Positions 34,136-44,227 of a stretch of DNA of 64,000 nucleotides are shown one piece after another. Below the pieces are notes generated by a model that did no database searches, was not told the origin of the DNA, and saw only the letters and a list, made by a program, of their open reading frames with translations. Origin of the DNA: a virus. Taxonomy: Duplodnaviria > Heunggongvirae > Uroviricota > Caudoviricetes. The position numbers were made by a program, and so were the translations under genes. The stretch spans positions 84,381 to 148,380 of the IMG/VR virus record IMGVR_UViG_3300020577_013140; one strand, given 5' to 3'. The first letter of the stretch is position 1, and each line of letters opens with the position of its first letter.

Positions 34136-37100
34136 ATGAATTTCCAGAATGACATCACGGTAAACAACAACATTACCGCTGTAGGAACGGTTCAAGCCGC
34201 CAGTCTCACCCTCACTGGATTGAGCGCAAACACCTACACTTCTGTACTCATTGAGAACGCTGGTGTTGTTTACAAGCGCGACCTGTCCGCTTCGCTGCTC
34301 CCCACCGGCACGGAAGGGCAGATGCTCTATAACAACGCCGGCGTGTGGACAGCTTTCAGTGGCTTATTCTGGGACGATACCAACAACCGGCATGGTATTG
34401 GCGTGTCGTCGTCACTCACAGCTACGCTACACGTGCGTGGCGCGGGTACCACGAGCTCAACATACACAGGGAGGTTTGAAGACTCAGCAGGTACAGAAAT
34501 TCTCCGTGTCCGTGATGATGGTCAGGTGTCGGTACGCCTACGTCAACCAGACGCCACATACGGTACTACTTTAATCACGAACGGTACATTCACTTCAGAC
34601 CTCAGTAGCTGGACGGTTGGTGGTGCTGACTGGACCTGGGTCTCTGGCGCAGCCTCACACAACGGCACAGCGGCGAATACTCTTAGCCAAGGTACTGCGG
34701 TCGCCGGGACACACTACCGCGTGTCGTTTACCGTTGTCAAAACTAGTGGAACAAGTGTAGCAGTCTCCTGGGGCGGCGTTACAATGGTGACGCATACCAC
34801 CAACAGTACCGGAGTTTATGTCTATGATGTACTGGCCGGAAATACTACAGGATTCGTAGTCACTCCCTCTTCAAACTTCATCGGTACCATTGACACTGTG
34901 TCGGTGATGGCCTACAGCGCAGGGCCAGCGGCCGGCCTGACAATGTATGGTACAAATGGTACATCGGTAGCCGGTGAAATTCGGTTCAGCAATACGTCCA
35001 GCAATATCGCGATCGGGTTAACGACACTTCAAAAGGCCGACGCTGCTTCAACAAACAATATCGCCATTGGTGCAAACGCATTAACCGGTCTGTATTACGG
35101 CTACGCCAATATCGCGATCGGCACAAACGCCGGAGCGGCACTCAACAATGCGTTCAACTGCATCTACATTGGTTATTCAGCAGGTAACGCCGTCACCACT
35201 GGGTCATATAATACAGTCGTGGGGTCTGCTGCCTTTAACGCAGGCACTACAGGGGTTGGAAATTGTGCTTTCGGCTACAATGCCCTGCGTACCTTGACCA
35301 CGAACAGCTACAACATAGCTATCGGCTACAACGCGTTGTTCACTACAAATGGAACGGTGAATGTGGCTATTGGCGTAAATGCCGGATACACAAACAGCAG
35401 TGGAACGGGAAACATCTGTATTGGTTACAACGCCGGGTACTATAACGCCACTAGCAATTATTGCGTGGCGATTGGCTACCAGGCCTTGTTAAATGCTGCA
35501 GGTACTTCAACCGGAAATATTGCAATTGGATACCAAGCACTGCTGTCTGTTGCGTCCAACACACACACGTACAACATCGGTATCGGGTACAATTGCGGTG
35601 CTGCATTGACCACAGGGAGCAATAACATCCTGATTGGCTATTCAGCAGGTGACGCCCTTTCATCGGGCGGCGCAAATATTGTTATCGGTTACAACGTGGA
35701 TGCGCAGTCTGCCACTACTAGTAATCAACTCACACTAGGTAATGCTCTGTTCGGTGTGGGCATCGATGGTCAAAATACCACTGTCAGCACCGGGCGCCTC
35801 GGCGCCTTCGTGGCGGCCCCAACGGCGAGGTTCCATCTGGTAGCTGGTGCCTCAGCAGCCAACAACGCCCCATTAAAGTTTACAGCCGGAACGAACCTCA
35901 CCGCAGCAGAGGCAGGTGCTATGGAATGGGATGGAACCAACCTGTACATCACCCAGACAACCGGACCAACTCGTAAAACTATTGCGTATTCGGATAACGT
36001 GGCATCCATGACGATCACGGATGATACGACAACGAACGCTACGATGTACCCGATCTGGGTTACTGCAGCCAGCGGTAATCTTGCTCAGAAAGTCAGTTCT
36101 ACCAAACTGAGCTTCAACCCGTCGACAGGCACACTAACATCTACAGCATTTGCCGGCAATTTGACAGGCAACGTTACAGGTAACTGTACTGGGTCATCAG
36201 GCAGCTGCACAGGCAACGCGGCATCCGCCACGTACGCGAGCAACGTGACTACAGCGGCAGCCGCAGGTGCCACCAATTACCTTGGCATGTACACGGCCAA
36301 CACTGGTAATATCCCGACCTATGTATCAACCTCATGTGTCTGGAACGCCACATCGTCGACGTTGACCGTTCCCAATCTCACCGTATCGACCACGTTGACT
36401 GCGACTGTGTCGAATGCTACCAATGCTACCAATGCAACCAACACGACTAATGTTGGAGTTACAGACGACAATGCAACCGCCACTTCGTGCTATTTGGCCT
36501 GGGTAACCTCCACTTCTGGCAACTTGCCAGTCAAGGTGAGTTCCACCCAACTGAAGTTCACGCCCTCGACCGGACTATTGGAATGCTACGGCATTTCTTC
36601 ACCGTCACATGCCTTTTCGATCAGTGCCGGTAGCTTTCAAATCAATATCTCCAGCGGCATCACGCATTCCGGTATTTTCACCAATAACGTAGGAGGCAAA
36701 GCAATTGAACTAACCAATGGTACCTCAAACTGGATTCAATGGGGCGCGGCCGGTGTAGCAGCTCCTACCTTCACTACTTCCTCCGCCGGTACGAAGCTTA
36801 TTTTGTACCCGGCCATCGGCGCCAGCTCCGCAGATTACGCCGTCGGTGTAGAAAGTGGTGCGGTTTGGTACACGGTTCCAACGTCTACTGGTAGCTTCAA
36901 ATGGTATGGCGGAACCACGCTGTTAATGACCCTCACGAGCTCTTCGCTGACGATCAACGGCAACACCACCCTTCATTCAGGTAACTACAACACATACGCC
37001 CCAACACTCACAGGCACAGGAGCATCAGGTACCTGGGGTATCTCGATCAGCGGTTCTGCCGCCAGTGCCACAACGGCAACAAGTGCTACAAATGCCGCTA

Positions 37101-38731
37101 ACACAACAATCACAGACGACACCGCTTCAAACGCCACAATGTATTTGACGTGGGTTACTGCGAACACAGGTAACTTGCCTCAGAAAACGACATCCACCAA
37201 GCTGACGTTTAACCCGTCAACTGGCACGTTGACGGCTACCGCTTTCTCGGGGCCATTGACAGGCGCAGTCACTGGTAACGTAACCGGCAATTGCACAGGC
37301 TCTTCCGGCAGCTGCACAGGTAACGCAGCCTCGGCAACCTATTCAAGCAACAGTACAGTCGCGGCCGCGTCTGGCGCCACAAACTATCTGGGAATGTACA
37401 CAGCCAATACCGGCAACATTCCCACATACGTTTCCACCTCTTGCGTTTGGAATGCCACGTCGTCCACATTGACTGTCCCCAACCTTACAGTATCAACAAC
37501 ACTGACCGCCACAGTATCCAACGCGACCAACGCCACAAACACCACGAACGTGGCCGTGACCGACGACAATGCAACCGCCACTACTTGCTATATTCCTTGG
37601 GTCACATCCACTTCAGGCAACCTCCCAGCCAAGGTAAGTTCTACCCGGCTAAAGTTCACTCCGTCAACGGGCCTGCTGGAGTGCTACGGCATCTCTTCTC
37701 CTTCACACGGTTTCTCAATCAGTACAGGGAGCTACACAATTAGCATAAGTGGTACGATTTCGCACAACGGTATCTTTACGAACAACATCGGAGGTAAAGC
37801 AATTGAACTAACCAATGGTACCTCAAACTGGATTCAATGGGGTACTGCTGGAATAGGGGCGCCCACGTTCACGACCTCCTCGGTAGGTACAAAATTGATC
37901 ATATACCCGGCGGTTGGAGCCAGTGCAGCTGACTACGCTGTAGGGCTGGAGGCTGGTGCGCTGTGGTTTAGTGTCCCAACTACTTCAGGTTCCTTCAAAT
38001 GGTATGGCGGAACCACGCTGTTAATGACCTTGTTCAATGGTCAGCTGACCCTCCCTACCGTTTTCGCGACAGGAACAAACAGCGGTGTGATCATTGGCCG
38101 GCGTGACACAAGTGCAGCAGCCTGGCAATGGTATTCGAGCGCCGGTTCATTAGAGTTGTATGACCATGTTAATGCCGCCACCAGGTTGACTTGGACTACG
38201 GGAGGTTCCTTAACCATCTCGGCCGCCTCGGTTACGCTTAACGGAGCAAGCGGGCTTACCGTCAGTGGTGGTCAGACCATTCTAAAGGCTGCAGCTTTTG
38301 GTTCAGCCGCCAATTACTTCGCAGTATTTACTGGCGACCCTTCCACAAGTGGCCAGGCCATCAACACGCGTACTGCGGCACAAGTGCGCTCGGACATCAG
38401 CGCCGCTACCTCTGGAGCAGTCACTGGCAGCGGGTTAACAATGAGCACCGCCCGATTGCTTGGGCGTACCACTGCTTCCACTGGAGCGATTGAAGAAATC
38501 TCCCTGGCCAACGGATCAAATTGCTCTGCCACACTATCGGCAGGCACCCTTACGATTGCCATTTCGGCCTCGCCCAGCTTTACGGATTGCACGGTCTCCG
38601 GCAAAATGAACCTGCCGACAAGCCAGCCTGCCTCTCCTGTTAACGGATCGACCTGGTGGGATGCCACCAACAATAAACTCATGATCTACAACGGTACTGC
38701 GGCAGCTTGGAAGGGCGTGGTGTTGACATAA
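34136..38731 (+). CDS. long tail-fibre/adhesin protein with YadA-like repeats and an ~1.1-kb internal duplication
   Basis: 1531 aa; many NIAIG..AL repeats (~35.0-35.7 kb); duplicated block at offset 1098 bp. Confidence 0.8.
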   Translation: MNFQNDITVNNNITAVGTVQAASLTLTGLSANTYTSVLIENAGVVYKRDLSASLLPTGTEGQMLYNNAGVWTAFSGLFWDDTNNRHGIGVSSSLTATLHVRGAGTTSSTYTGRFEDSAGTEILRVRDDGQVSVRLRQPDATYGTTLITNGTFTSDLSSWTVGGADWTWVSGAASHNGTAANTLSQGTAVAGTHYRVSFTVVKTSGTSVAVSWGGVTMVTHTTNSTGVYVYDVLAGNTTGFVVTPSSNFIGTIDTVSVMAYSAGPAAGLTMYGTNGTSVAGEIRFSNTSSNIAIGLTTLQKADAASTNNIAIGANALTGLYYGYANIAIGTNAGAALNNAFNCIYIGYSAGNAVTTGSYNTVVGSAAFNAGTTGVGNCAFGYNALRTLTTNSYNIAIGYNALFTTNGTVNVAIGVNAGYTNSSGTGNICIGYNAGYYNATSNYCVAIGYQALLNAAGTSTGNIAIGYQALLSVASNTHTYNIGIGYNCGAALTTGSNNILIGYSAGDALSSGGANIVIGYNVDAQSATTSNQLTLGNALFGVGIDGQNTTVSTGRLGAFVAAPTARFHLVAGASAANNAPLKFTAGTNLTAAEAGAMEWDGTNLYITQTTGPTRKTIAYSDNVASMTITDDTTTNATMYPIWVTAASGNLAQKVSSTKLSFNPSTGTLTSTAFAGNLTGNVTGNCTGSSGSCTGNAASATYASNVTTAAAAGATNYLGMYTANTGNIPTYVSTSCVWNATSSTLTVPNLTVSTTLTATVSNATNATNATNTTNVGVTDDNATATSCYLAWVTSTSGNLPVKVSSTQLKFTPSTGLLECYGISSPSHAFSISAGSFQINISSGITHSGIFTNNVGGKAIELTNGTSNWIQWGAAGVAAPTFTTSSAGTKLILYPAIGASSADYAVGVESGAVWYTVPTSTGSFKWYGGTTLLMTLTSSSLTINGNTTLHSGNYNTYAPTLTGTGASGTWGISISGSAASATTATSATNAANTTITDDTASNATMYLTWVTANTGNLPQKTTSTKLTFNPSTGTLTATAFSGPLTGAVTGNVTGNCTGSSGSCTGNAASATYSSNSTVAAASGATNYLGMYTANTGNIPTYVSTSCVWNATSSTLTVPNLTVSTTLTATVSNATNATNTTNVAVTDDNATATTCYIPWVTSTSGNLPAKVSSTRLKFTPSTGLLECYGISSPSHGFSISTGSYTISISGTISHNGIFTNNIGGKAIELTNGTSNWIQWGTAGIGAPTFTTSSVGTKLIIYPAVGASAADYAVGLEAGALWFSVPTTSGSFKWYGGTTLLMTLFNGQLTLPTVFATGTNSGVIIGRRDTSAAAWQWYSSAGSLELYDHVNAATRLTWTTGGSLTISAASVTLNGASGLTVSGGQTILKAAAFGSAANYFAVFTGDPSTSGQAINTRTAAQVRSDISAATSGAVTGSGLTMSTARLLGRTTASTGAIEEISLANGSNCSATLSAGTLTIAISASPSFTDCTVSGKMNLPTSQPASPVNGSTWWDATNNKLMIYNGTAAAWKGVVLT

Positions 38732-38749
38732 ATCGGCACTTCAGGTAGG

Positions 38750-39784
38750 TTGGCACCCATGCGTAGTTTGTACATGGCATGCCATCTGGACAACATGACC
38801 GGATACGGGCAGCAAAACTGCAGCCTGGTATCCGGTCTTCAGCTATCTGGTATTCAAGTCACGGTATTTGCCACAGGGCTTGCAGATAAACCAGAGCCAC
38901 TTCCGGCAGCTGTTCAAAAAAGCCTCGTAACCACCGGGCAAGATAAGCCTTCTTTTTTAATCCAGCCCCCGAATTTCAGGGGAGAGAAGAGCCGATTTCC
39001 GCAGGTGTGGTTAACGATGTGGGAGGCCACGAAGCTGGCGCCAGAGTGGGTAAAACGCATGAACCAGAGCACAGCCATCATTACCCCTAGCGACTGGAAC
39101 GCCAGTTGCTTCTCCGCTTGCGGTGTCACTGTCCCGATTTACCAGCTACCATTGTTCGTACCGTCTGGATATGCCTTCACTCCACCTGTAGAAAAAGCCG
39201 CTTTTGTATTTGGCTGCTCTGGACACTTAGGGTCGCAGCTTTCAAGGAAGAATTTGTCGGCTGCCGTACAGGCCTTCACTACAGCATTCCCCAATATATC
39301 GGATGTACGTCTGCACATCAAAATAGGCCCTTACGATCATATTGAGATCCCCAATGACCCACGAATTCAAGTTACCAAAGGCCACCTCTCTCATGAGGAA
39401 ATGAAAGCATGGTACGGAGCCCTGGATGTATTTGTCCACCCCTCAAAATCCGAGGGTTGGGGGTATCAACCTCTTCAAGCAATGGCCTTGGGGCGCCCAG
39501 TAGTCGCTTGCAAATATGGTGGTGTTGCAGAGTATTTTGACCACACAGTTGGGCTGGTGGTGGAGCACGAGTACGAAGCCGCAGACGGGATGTTCACTGG
39601 GCATGGGCATTGGGCTTGCCCCAAGATGCAAAGTCTGGTAGATAGTATGCGTTATTGCTACGCGCATCCAGCCGCCGTCTCTCGGTTAGGTGTACAGGGA
39701 GCAGCCCGTGCGTTACAGTTTAGTCTGACAAACACGGTGGAGAGGCTGCAAACAATACTGGAAGTACACAACGTAATGATCTGA
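38750..39784 (+). CDS. GT-B fold glycosyltransferase (GT4 family)
   Basis: RKNL...AF...F, LDVFVHPSKSEGWGYQPLQAMALGRPVVACKYGGVAEY (E-x7-E-type motif, second Glu is Gln). Confidence 0.85.
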   Translation: MAPMRSLYMACHLDNMTGYGQQNCSLVSGLQLSGIQVTVFATGLADKPEPLPAAVQKSLVTTGQDKPSFLIQPPNFRGEKSRFPQVWLTMWEATKLAPEWVKRMNQSTAIITPSDWNASCFSACGVTVPIYQLPLFVPSGYAFTPPVEKAAFVFGCSGHLGSQLSRKNLSAAVQAFTTAFPNISDVRLHIKIGPYDHIEIPNDPRIQVTKGHLSHEEMKAWYGALDVFVHPSKSEGWGYQPLQAMALGRPVVACKYGGVAEYFDHTVGLVVEHEYEAADGMFTGHGHWACPKMQSLVDSMRYCYAHPAAVSRLGVQGAARALQFSLTNTVERLQTILEVHNVMI

Positions 39785-39826
39785 CGCTTGACAGCCAACC
39801 AACCTTGTAGTAAGTTCACCAACACT

Positions 39827-40234
39827 ATGGCCAAAGTTAAATTGACGAACAAACAGATCCTTACTAACTTTCAAGTCCTGTCCAAGTTGGATCCTGGGCT
39901 TGATCCGAATAGCCGCACCCGCTCTGCCTTTGCGTTCAAGGCAAAGGTGACCTACGCACTGGCTCGTAACTTCAAGAAGCTGCGTTCTGTGGTGGACGAC
40001 CTGGAGAAGACCCGAGTGGAGACTTTCAAGAAGTATCGAGTGGGTGAAGAGGAAAACCTTACTGGAGAAGCTGCCAAGAAGTTTACTGCGGAGTTCCAGG
40101 AAGTGTTGGATGAGCCCGCAGAGTTTGATTTTCACGCCATTGACATCAACGAGCTGGAGCTGGATAAGAACCATGTGAACATGGATGTCATCGCCGAACT
40201 GCTCGATACGATCATCATCGGCGAGATCGTTTAA
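39827..40234 (+). CDS. small acidic helical phage protein following the tail fibres (DUF1617-like)
   Basis: KVTYALARNFKKL...EKTR.E..KKY...EF.EVLDE pattern; start trimmed to ATG at 39827. Confidence 0.55.
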   Translation: MAKVKLTNKQILTNFQVLSKLDPGLDPNSRTRSAFAFKAKVTYALARNFKKLRSVVDDLEKTRVETFKKYRVGEEENLTGEAAKKFTAEFQEVLDEPAEFDFHAIDINELELDKNHVNMDVIAELLDTIIIGEIV

Positions 40235-40263
40235 CTGCCCTTTTGTCTCTGTTCCTATTAACT

Positions 40264-40290
40264 GGCTCGCAGCGATGCGGGCCTTTTTTT
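40264..40290 (+). terminator. intrinsic terminator ending the structural block
   Basis: GGCTCGCA-GCGA-TGCGGGCC hairpin followed by T7. Confidence 0.8.
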
Positions 40291-40579
40291 ATACATTGAT
40301 CGATCCAAACGGGTCGTCTCCATCTTCTTCATCCTCTGCTGCTTTGGCAGGAGCTTCAGGCACCGGGTTAGCTACTGCATTTTCCAAGCTTTGAGATAAG
40401 CTGTCTGACACCAACTCGGTAAACTTAACAAGCGCCACACGTGTTAGAGGGTTGTCGGCCTTTACAAAGGTCTCGAACTCGCCTGCCTCATTTACTGTAA
40501 CTAACATATACCCAAGAGTAAACTCGTTCAGTTGTGACAAGAAACTCTCAGGCAGCTTGAAGGACTTAGGCTTCTCCAT
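40289..40579 (-). CDS. small acidic hypothetical protein
   Basis: 96-aa ORF between two terminators. Confidence 0.7.
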   Translation of the reverse strand: MEKPKSFKLPESFLSQLNEFTLGYMLVTVNEAGEFETFVKADNPLTRVALVKFTELVSDSLSQSLENAVANPVPEAPAKAAEDEEDGDDPFGSINV

Positions 40580-40606
40580 GCCCTTAATGGTAACAACCTA
40601 CAGGCT

Positions 40607-40644
40607 AAAAAAAAAGAGGAATGTGGCGTGAGCCACACCCCTCT
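40607..40644 (-). terminator. intrinsic terminator
   Basis: GAGG..TGTGGC/GCCACA..CCTC hairpin with an A9 run on the plus strand (U-run on minus). Confidence 0.75.
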
Positions 40645-40658
40645 CGTGTTCACAGAAA

Positions 40659-41096
40659 CTACGGGTCGCGATCGCCCTTTTCAGGCGTGACGACAGTCAC
40701 CGCCGTAATTCGATAGGGCGTATCACCGGCCATCGGTGTCTGCCTGCCCTCTTCGTAGCTCAGCCGCACCAATTGGCCGCGGTCCATGGCCCGCTGCAAG
40801 TCTTCGATGACCTTGGTGTTGGTCTTGTCGACAGTGAAGGCCCAGACGTTTCCGACCACACCTCCTTCAGCCAGCGCACGTGAACCTCCCATGACCAGCT
40901 CTCCTTCCCAGCTCTTGTTCACGACGCCCTTGTACGAGAGTTTGGTGACGTGCCCGACCCGGTTGCCTGTTGAGTAGCCGGAAAGGAGATGACACCCTCC
41001 TCCAAGAAGCGCAGCCAGGATAAATAAGATAATGACGACGACGACCAGTTCCACCATGGTGAACCCGGCGCTAAGCTTGTAATTCGTTGTTTTCAC
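40659..41096 (-). CDS. prepilin-type N-terminal cleavage/methylation motif protein
   Basis: a GTG start at 41096 gives MKTTNYKLSAG|FTMVELVVVVIILFILAALL; the start is inferred, not certain. Confidence 0.55.
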   Translation of the reverse strand: MKTTNYKLSAGFTMVELVVVVIILFILAALLGGGCHLLSGYSTGNRVGHVTKLSYKGVVNKSWEGELVMGGSRALAEGGVVGNVWAFTVDKTNTKVIEDLQRAMDRGQLVRLSYEEGRQTPMAGDTPYRITAVTVVTPEKGDRDP

Positions 41097-42489
41097 GGAT
41101 GAGTTGTTCTGCAAGGTTAAGTCCGTCCTCTTTTGTCTCAAAGGTTCCGGACAATTGTTTCTCCATCAGCTGCGCCAACAGTGCGCCCATTTTTGCGCCT
41201 GTTGGATACTGGAATCGAGCGATCAAGTCCCTGCCAAGGACAAGAGGTTTAGGCGCCTCGTGCTGTACTCCAGCCTTTGCCGCCTTTTTCTCGAACCAGG
41301 CTATCATTTCTTCATCAGGAGGTTGCGTCGGTCCCCGGCCTCCTTGGTCAAACCGCAGCAGCTTGGTGAGCTGCTTGATTGGAACCCTTTGAGCCAACCG
41401 GCGGAAGGCCGCCAACTCAGGGTCACTGTGGTAAAAAGACGACGGAGCCATGTGGTTGCGGCAGAGCGCCAACACTTGCTCGATAATCTTCGTCTCATTT
41501 GTAAGCCGCATCAGGAACCTTTCGGCCGGCCCTGTGTAGAACTCGTGACCATGATTGGTCCAATGCGGTGTAGGCCTTCTTTTTGTCGGGCCAAACACTG
41601 CCGTAGCAGGCTTGCCCATGTCGTGGCATAAGGCGGCCAGTCCAAGAACGAGTTTCTCTTCGTCGTCCTCAAAGGTGCCGCGAGTAAACGCCTCGACCAC
41701 CAAAGCAGTGTGCTCGAACACGTCGCCCTCAGGATGCCACTCCGGCGTCTGTTCGCTACCGATCATTGCGAACAACTCAGGGTAGTAGTTTTCCAGCCAC
41801 CCGATGTCATTGAGGAACCCCAGGGCCTTGCGGATGTGCTTTCCTTTCAAGAGGAGCTTTTTCCACTCTTCCCAGATACGCTCTCGTGCCAGATGCTTCT
41901 GTGACAGTCCGCGGCAAATACGGATACACTCTTCGGACGGTGTCAGGTCGAAACGCGCGATCATCTGCATGCCCCGTAGGACACGCAGGGGATCCTCTGC
42001 AAATCGTGACGATACCGGGTGAAGGCGTTTTTCCAGAAGATCCTTTTTGCCTCCCCATGGGTCGAACCACATGGAGGTGATTGGATCGAAATATAAGGCG
42101 TTGACCGTGAAATCGCGGCGGGATGCCGCCTCGACCATAGTCATGAACGGATCCAGTTCCACCTGGAAACTGGTGTGAGTATCCCCGGTCTTTATTTCAC
42201 GACGGGGGATCGAAATGTCGATGGGGTAACCGTGTATCTTGATAACACCAAAGGAACGCCCCACCACGTCAATACGCCATTCTTGCTGAAGAAGTTTCAC
42301 CAGGTGTTCGGCGCTGAGACCAAACACTTCGATGTCGACGTCCTTCAACTCAAACGGCTCGCCTGCGAGTTGGGTCAAGTACCGGTCCCGTGCGGCACCA
42401 CCAACAATGTATGCTGCACCATCCAGGTCTTCGACTTTTTGACAGATACGCAGCACAACATCCATCAATTCATCAGTTGAGACACTCAT
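41071..42489 (-). CDS. cca: CCA-adding tRNA nucleotidyltransferase with HD domain
   Basis: YIVGGAARD...KDVDIE, RRDFTVNAL, EDPLRVLRG, PEWHPEGDVFEHT, LCHDMGK. Confidence 0.92.
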   Translation of the reverse strand: MSVSTDELMDVVLRICQKVEDLDGAAYIVGGAARDRYLTQLAGEPFELKDVDIEVFGLSAEHLVKLLQQEWRIDVVGRSFGVIKIHGYPIDISIPRREIKTGDTHTSFQVELDPFMTMVEAASRRDFTVNALYFDPITSMWFDPWGGKKDLLEKRLHPVSSRFAEDPLRVLRGMQMIARFDLTPSEECIRICRGLSQKHLARERIWEEWKKLLLKGKHIRKALGFLNDIGWLENYYPELFAMIGSEQTPEWHPEGDVFEHTALVVEAFTRGTFEDDEEKLVLGLAALCHDMGKPATAVFGPTKRRPTPHWTNHGHEFYTGPAERFLMRLTNETKIIEQVLALCRNHMAPSSFYHSDPELAAFRRLAQRVPIKQLTKLLRFDQGGRGPTQPPDEEMIAWFEKKAAKAGVQHEAPKPLVLGRDLIARFQYPTGAKMGALLAQLMEKQLSGTFETKEDGLNLAEQLIRENNELQA

Positions 42490-44216
42490 TTGATTGAGAG
42501 CTTTTGCACTTCATTCCCATCGAGGAAGTGCACGCCGTCTGGCGTTGACACCAGTTTGGTTGACCCATCGATGGGAGGGTCGTTCAATACCTTGGCCTTG
42601 GTCGGGTCCCGGAACAATTCCAGCGTATCCCCAACAAGCATCACGCAAATACCTTGTGGCGTGAGGGTGAAGTTAATCTCCCGTTGGTTCGGGATGACTC
42701 GTACCGATTGAACGGCGGTAAACCCGTCGTTGAATGTAATGATGGCTTGGTGAAACGCCCCGCCCTTTTCACCAATCACTGCGCAGATATTCCCCATCAT
42801 TTTGGCATCAAGAATGCGATAGCCATCGAGTTGTGGGACTGCCTTTGAGACGGTCACGCCAGCATGATATGGTACGGTCAACCAGGCCTTGCCAAACAAG
42901 TCCTGATAAGCGACACCATCAAACAACCGCACCGTAGCTGCGTTCACGTTGTCCAGATGGGTTTCGGTGTGCACTAGCCGAGCCCCCAGCTTCATGAAGT
43001 CATGTTCCATAAACTGCATTCCGTTCGCGCTATAGAAGCGCCCGTTACGGGAGAATATCTCTCCGGTGAGTGCAACCTCTTCCAGCAGCGATGAACCAAC
43101 ACCATTGTGTCCGTATCGGACGAACCGTACCAGACCGGTGTTTACCAGCGCGATGATCACTTCATCTGCACTGATTGGGAGCACATAAGCTTTCCGGTAT
43201 TTCGACCGGTCGCAGATGGGCACGTAGGAGGCGCCAGCCAGCCAGTAGATGGATTCACTGGTGACAATATAAGTCTTCCCAAAACCAGATACCACGTCCA
43301 CGACCTGGTACGGCGCCTTGGTGAAGTGTGTAACCTGGAAATTCCCTGTAGCATTGACTACGCGGGCAATCGTTGGCGTCACTTGCTGTGGCACCAGTGC
43401 GTCAGGATGCGGAGGCTCATCCCGAAACGCACTATCCGAGAACACCTTCTTCATCCATTCCAGATGCCTCGGCGGCACGACACTGAATGGCGGCACCACC
43501 GGGGGAACCCGGACACCAGGTTGAAAAATGCTGGCATTGGCGGCCATGCGTTTCTTCCAATCCGCTTTCAGGGTTGGATGAATACCATGGAACGGATGTA
43601 TTCCCAGGTACAGCTGAGCCGCGATGATTGCAAACGAATACCAGGTACTTCCCGATGTGAATGCGTTTCCTTGCACCATCGGGTCACGCACGTTCTCCAT
43701 GATTGCCGTAGCCGGGAATGACGGCGTCGCCCAGCTGGCAATGTCGATAAACCACGGAGTAAAATCCTTCAATGACGCGAGGATATTCAACTCGTTAAGG
43801 TCAACAGGCAAGAATCCTTCATCGATCAGATCCTTGACCGTCTCCTGGATATCCACAACCAGCTTGCCGATTGTGGTTGGGCGTATGTTGTTCGCCTTCT
43901 TGAACGCAGCTGTAAAGAACTGACACAGCGCTTCAGTATCCGTGATGAAGGCCATGGAAAACCCAACATCCTTGCCGGTTTTACCGTCCTGGATGATGTC
44001 GATTGGGCGTACGACGTTTGCCCGCCTGATGCGCGACAACTCGTCCAGCCGGGCCTTTGGCGGCATTGCCGCAATGTCATGGTACAGCCTCAGGGCCACA
44101 CCATTGTGTTTGTAGATGGTTGCTTCTCCTCCGGCGGCCACATACATGTTCTGTGTCAGCCGGACGCGCTTTCCACCTACGATAATGTCAGACGGTTGTG
44201 TTGCATTCGCAGGCAT
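42486..44216 (-). CDS. Ser/Thr protein-kinase-like protein (TerY-P-type) with a C-terminal beta-rich domain
   Basis: AAGGEATIY glycine loop, VALRLY (Arg at the VAIK Lys), PVDLNELNIL catalytic loop, FIDIASW. Confidence 0.75.
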   Translation of the reverse strand: MPANATQPSDIIVGGKRVRLTQNMYVAAGGEATIYKHNGVALRLYHDIAAMPPKARLDELSRIRRANVVRPIDIIQDGKTGKDVGFSMAFITDTEALCQFFTAAFKKANNIRPTTIGKLVVDIQETVKDLIDEGFLPVDLNELNILASLKDFTPWFIDIASWATPSFPATAIMENVRDPMVQGNAFTSGSTWYSFAIIAAQLYLGIHPFHGIHPTLKADWKKRMAANASIFQPGVRVPPVVPPFSVVPPRHLEWMKKVFSDSAFRDEPPHPDALVPQQVTPTIARVVNATGNFQVTHFTKAPYQVVDVVSGFGKTYIVTSESIYWLAGASYVPICDRSKYRKAYVLPISADEVIIALVNTGLVRFVRYGHNGVGSSLLEEVALTGEIFSRNGRFYSANGMQFMEHDFMKLGARLVHTETHLDNVNAATVRLFDGVAYQDLFGKAWLTVPYHAGVTVSKAVPQLDGYRILDAKMMGNICAVIGEKGGAFHQAIITFNDGFTAVQSVRVIPNQREINFTLTPQGICVMLVGDTLELFRDPTKAKVLNDPPIDGSTKLVSTPDGVHFLDGNEVQKLSIK

Positions 44217-44227
44217 AAGCAGAATTG

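Noticed and set aside
36000-38035. Diversity-generating retroelement template/variable repeat pair
   Set aside because: Both copies lie in frame inside one CDS, the differences are not confined to adenines, and no reverse transcriptase is present in the window.
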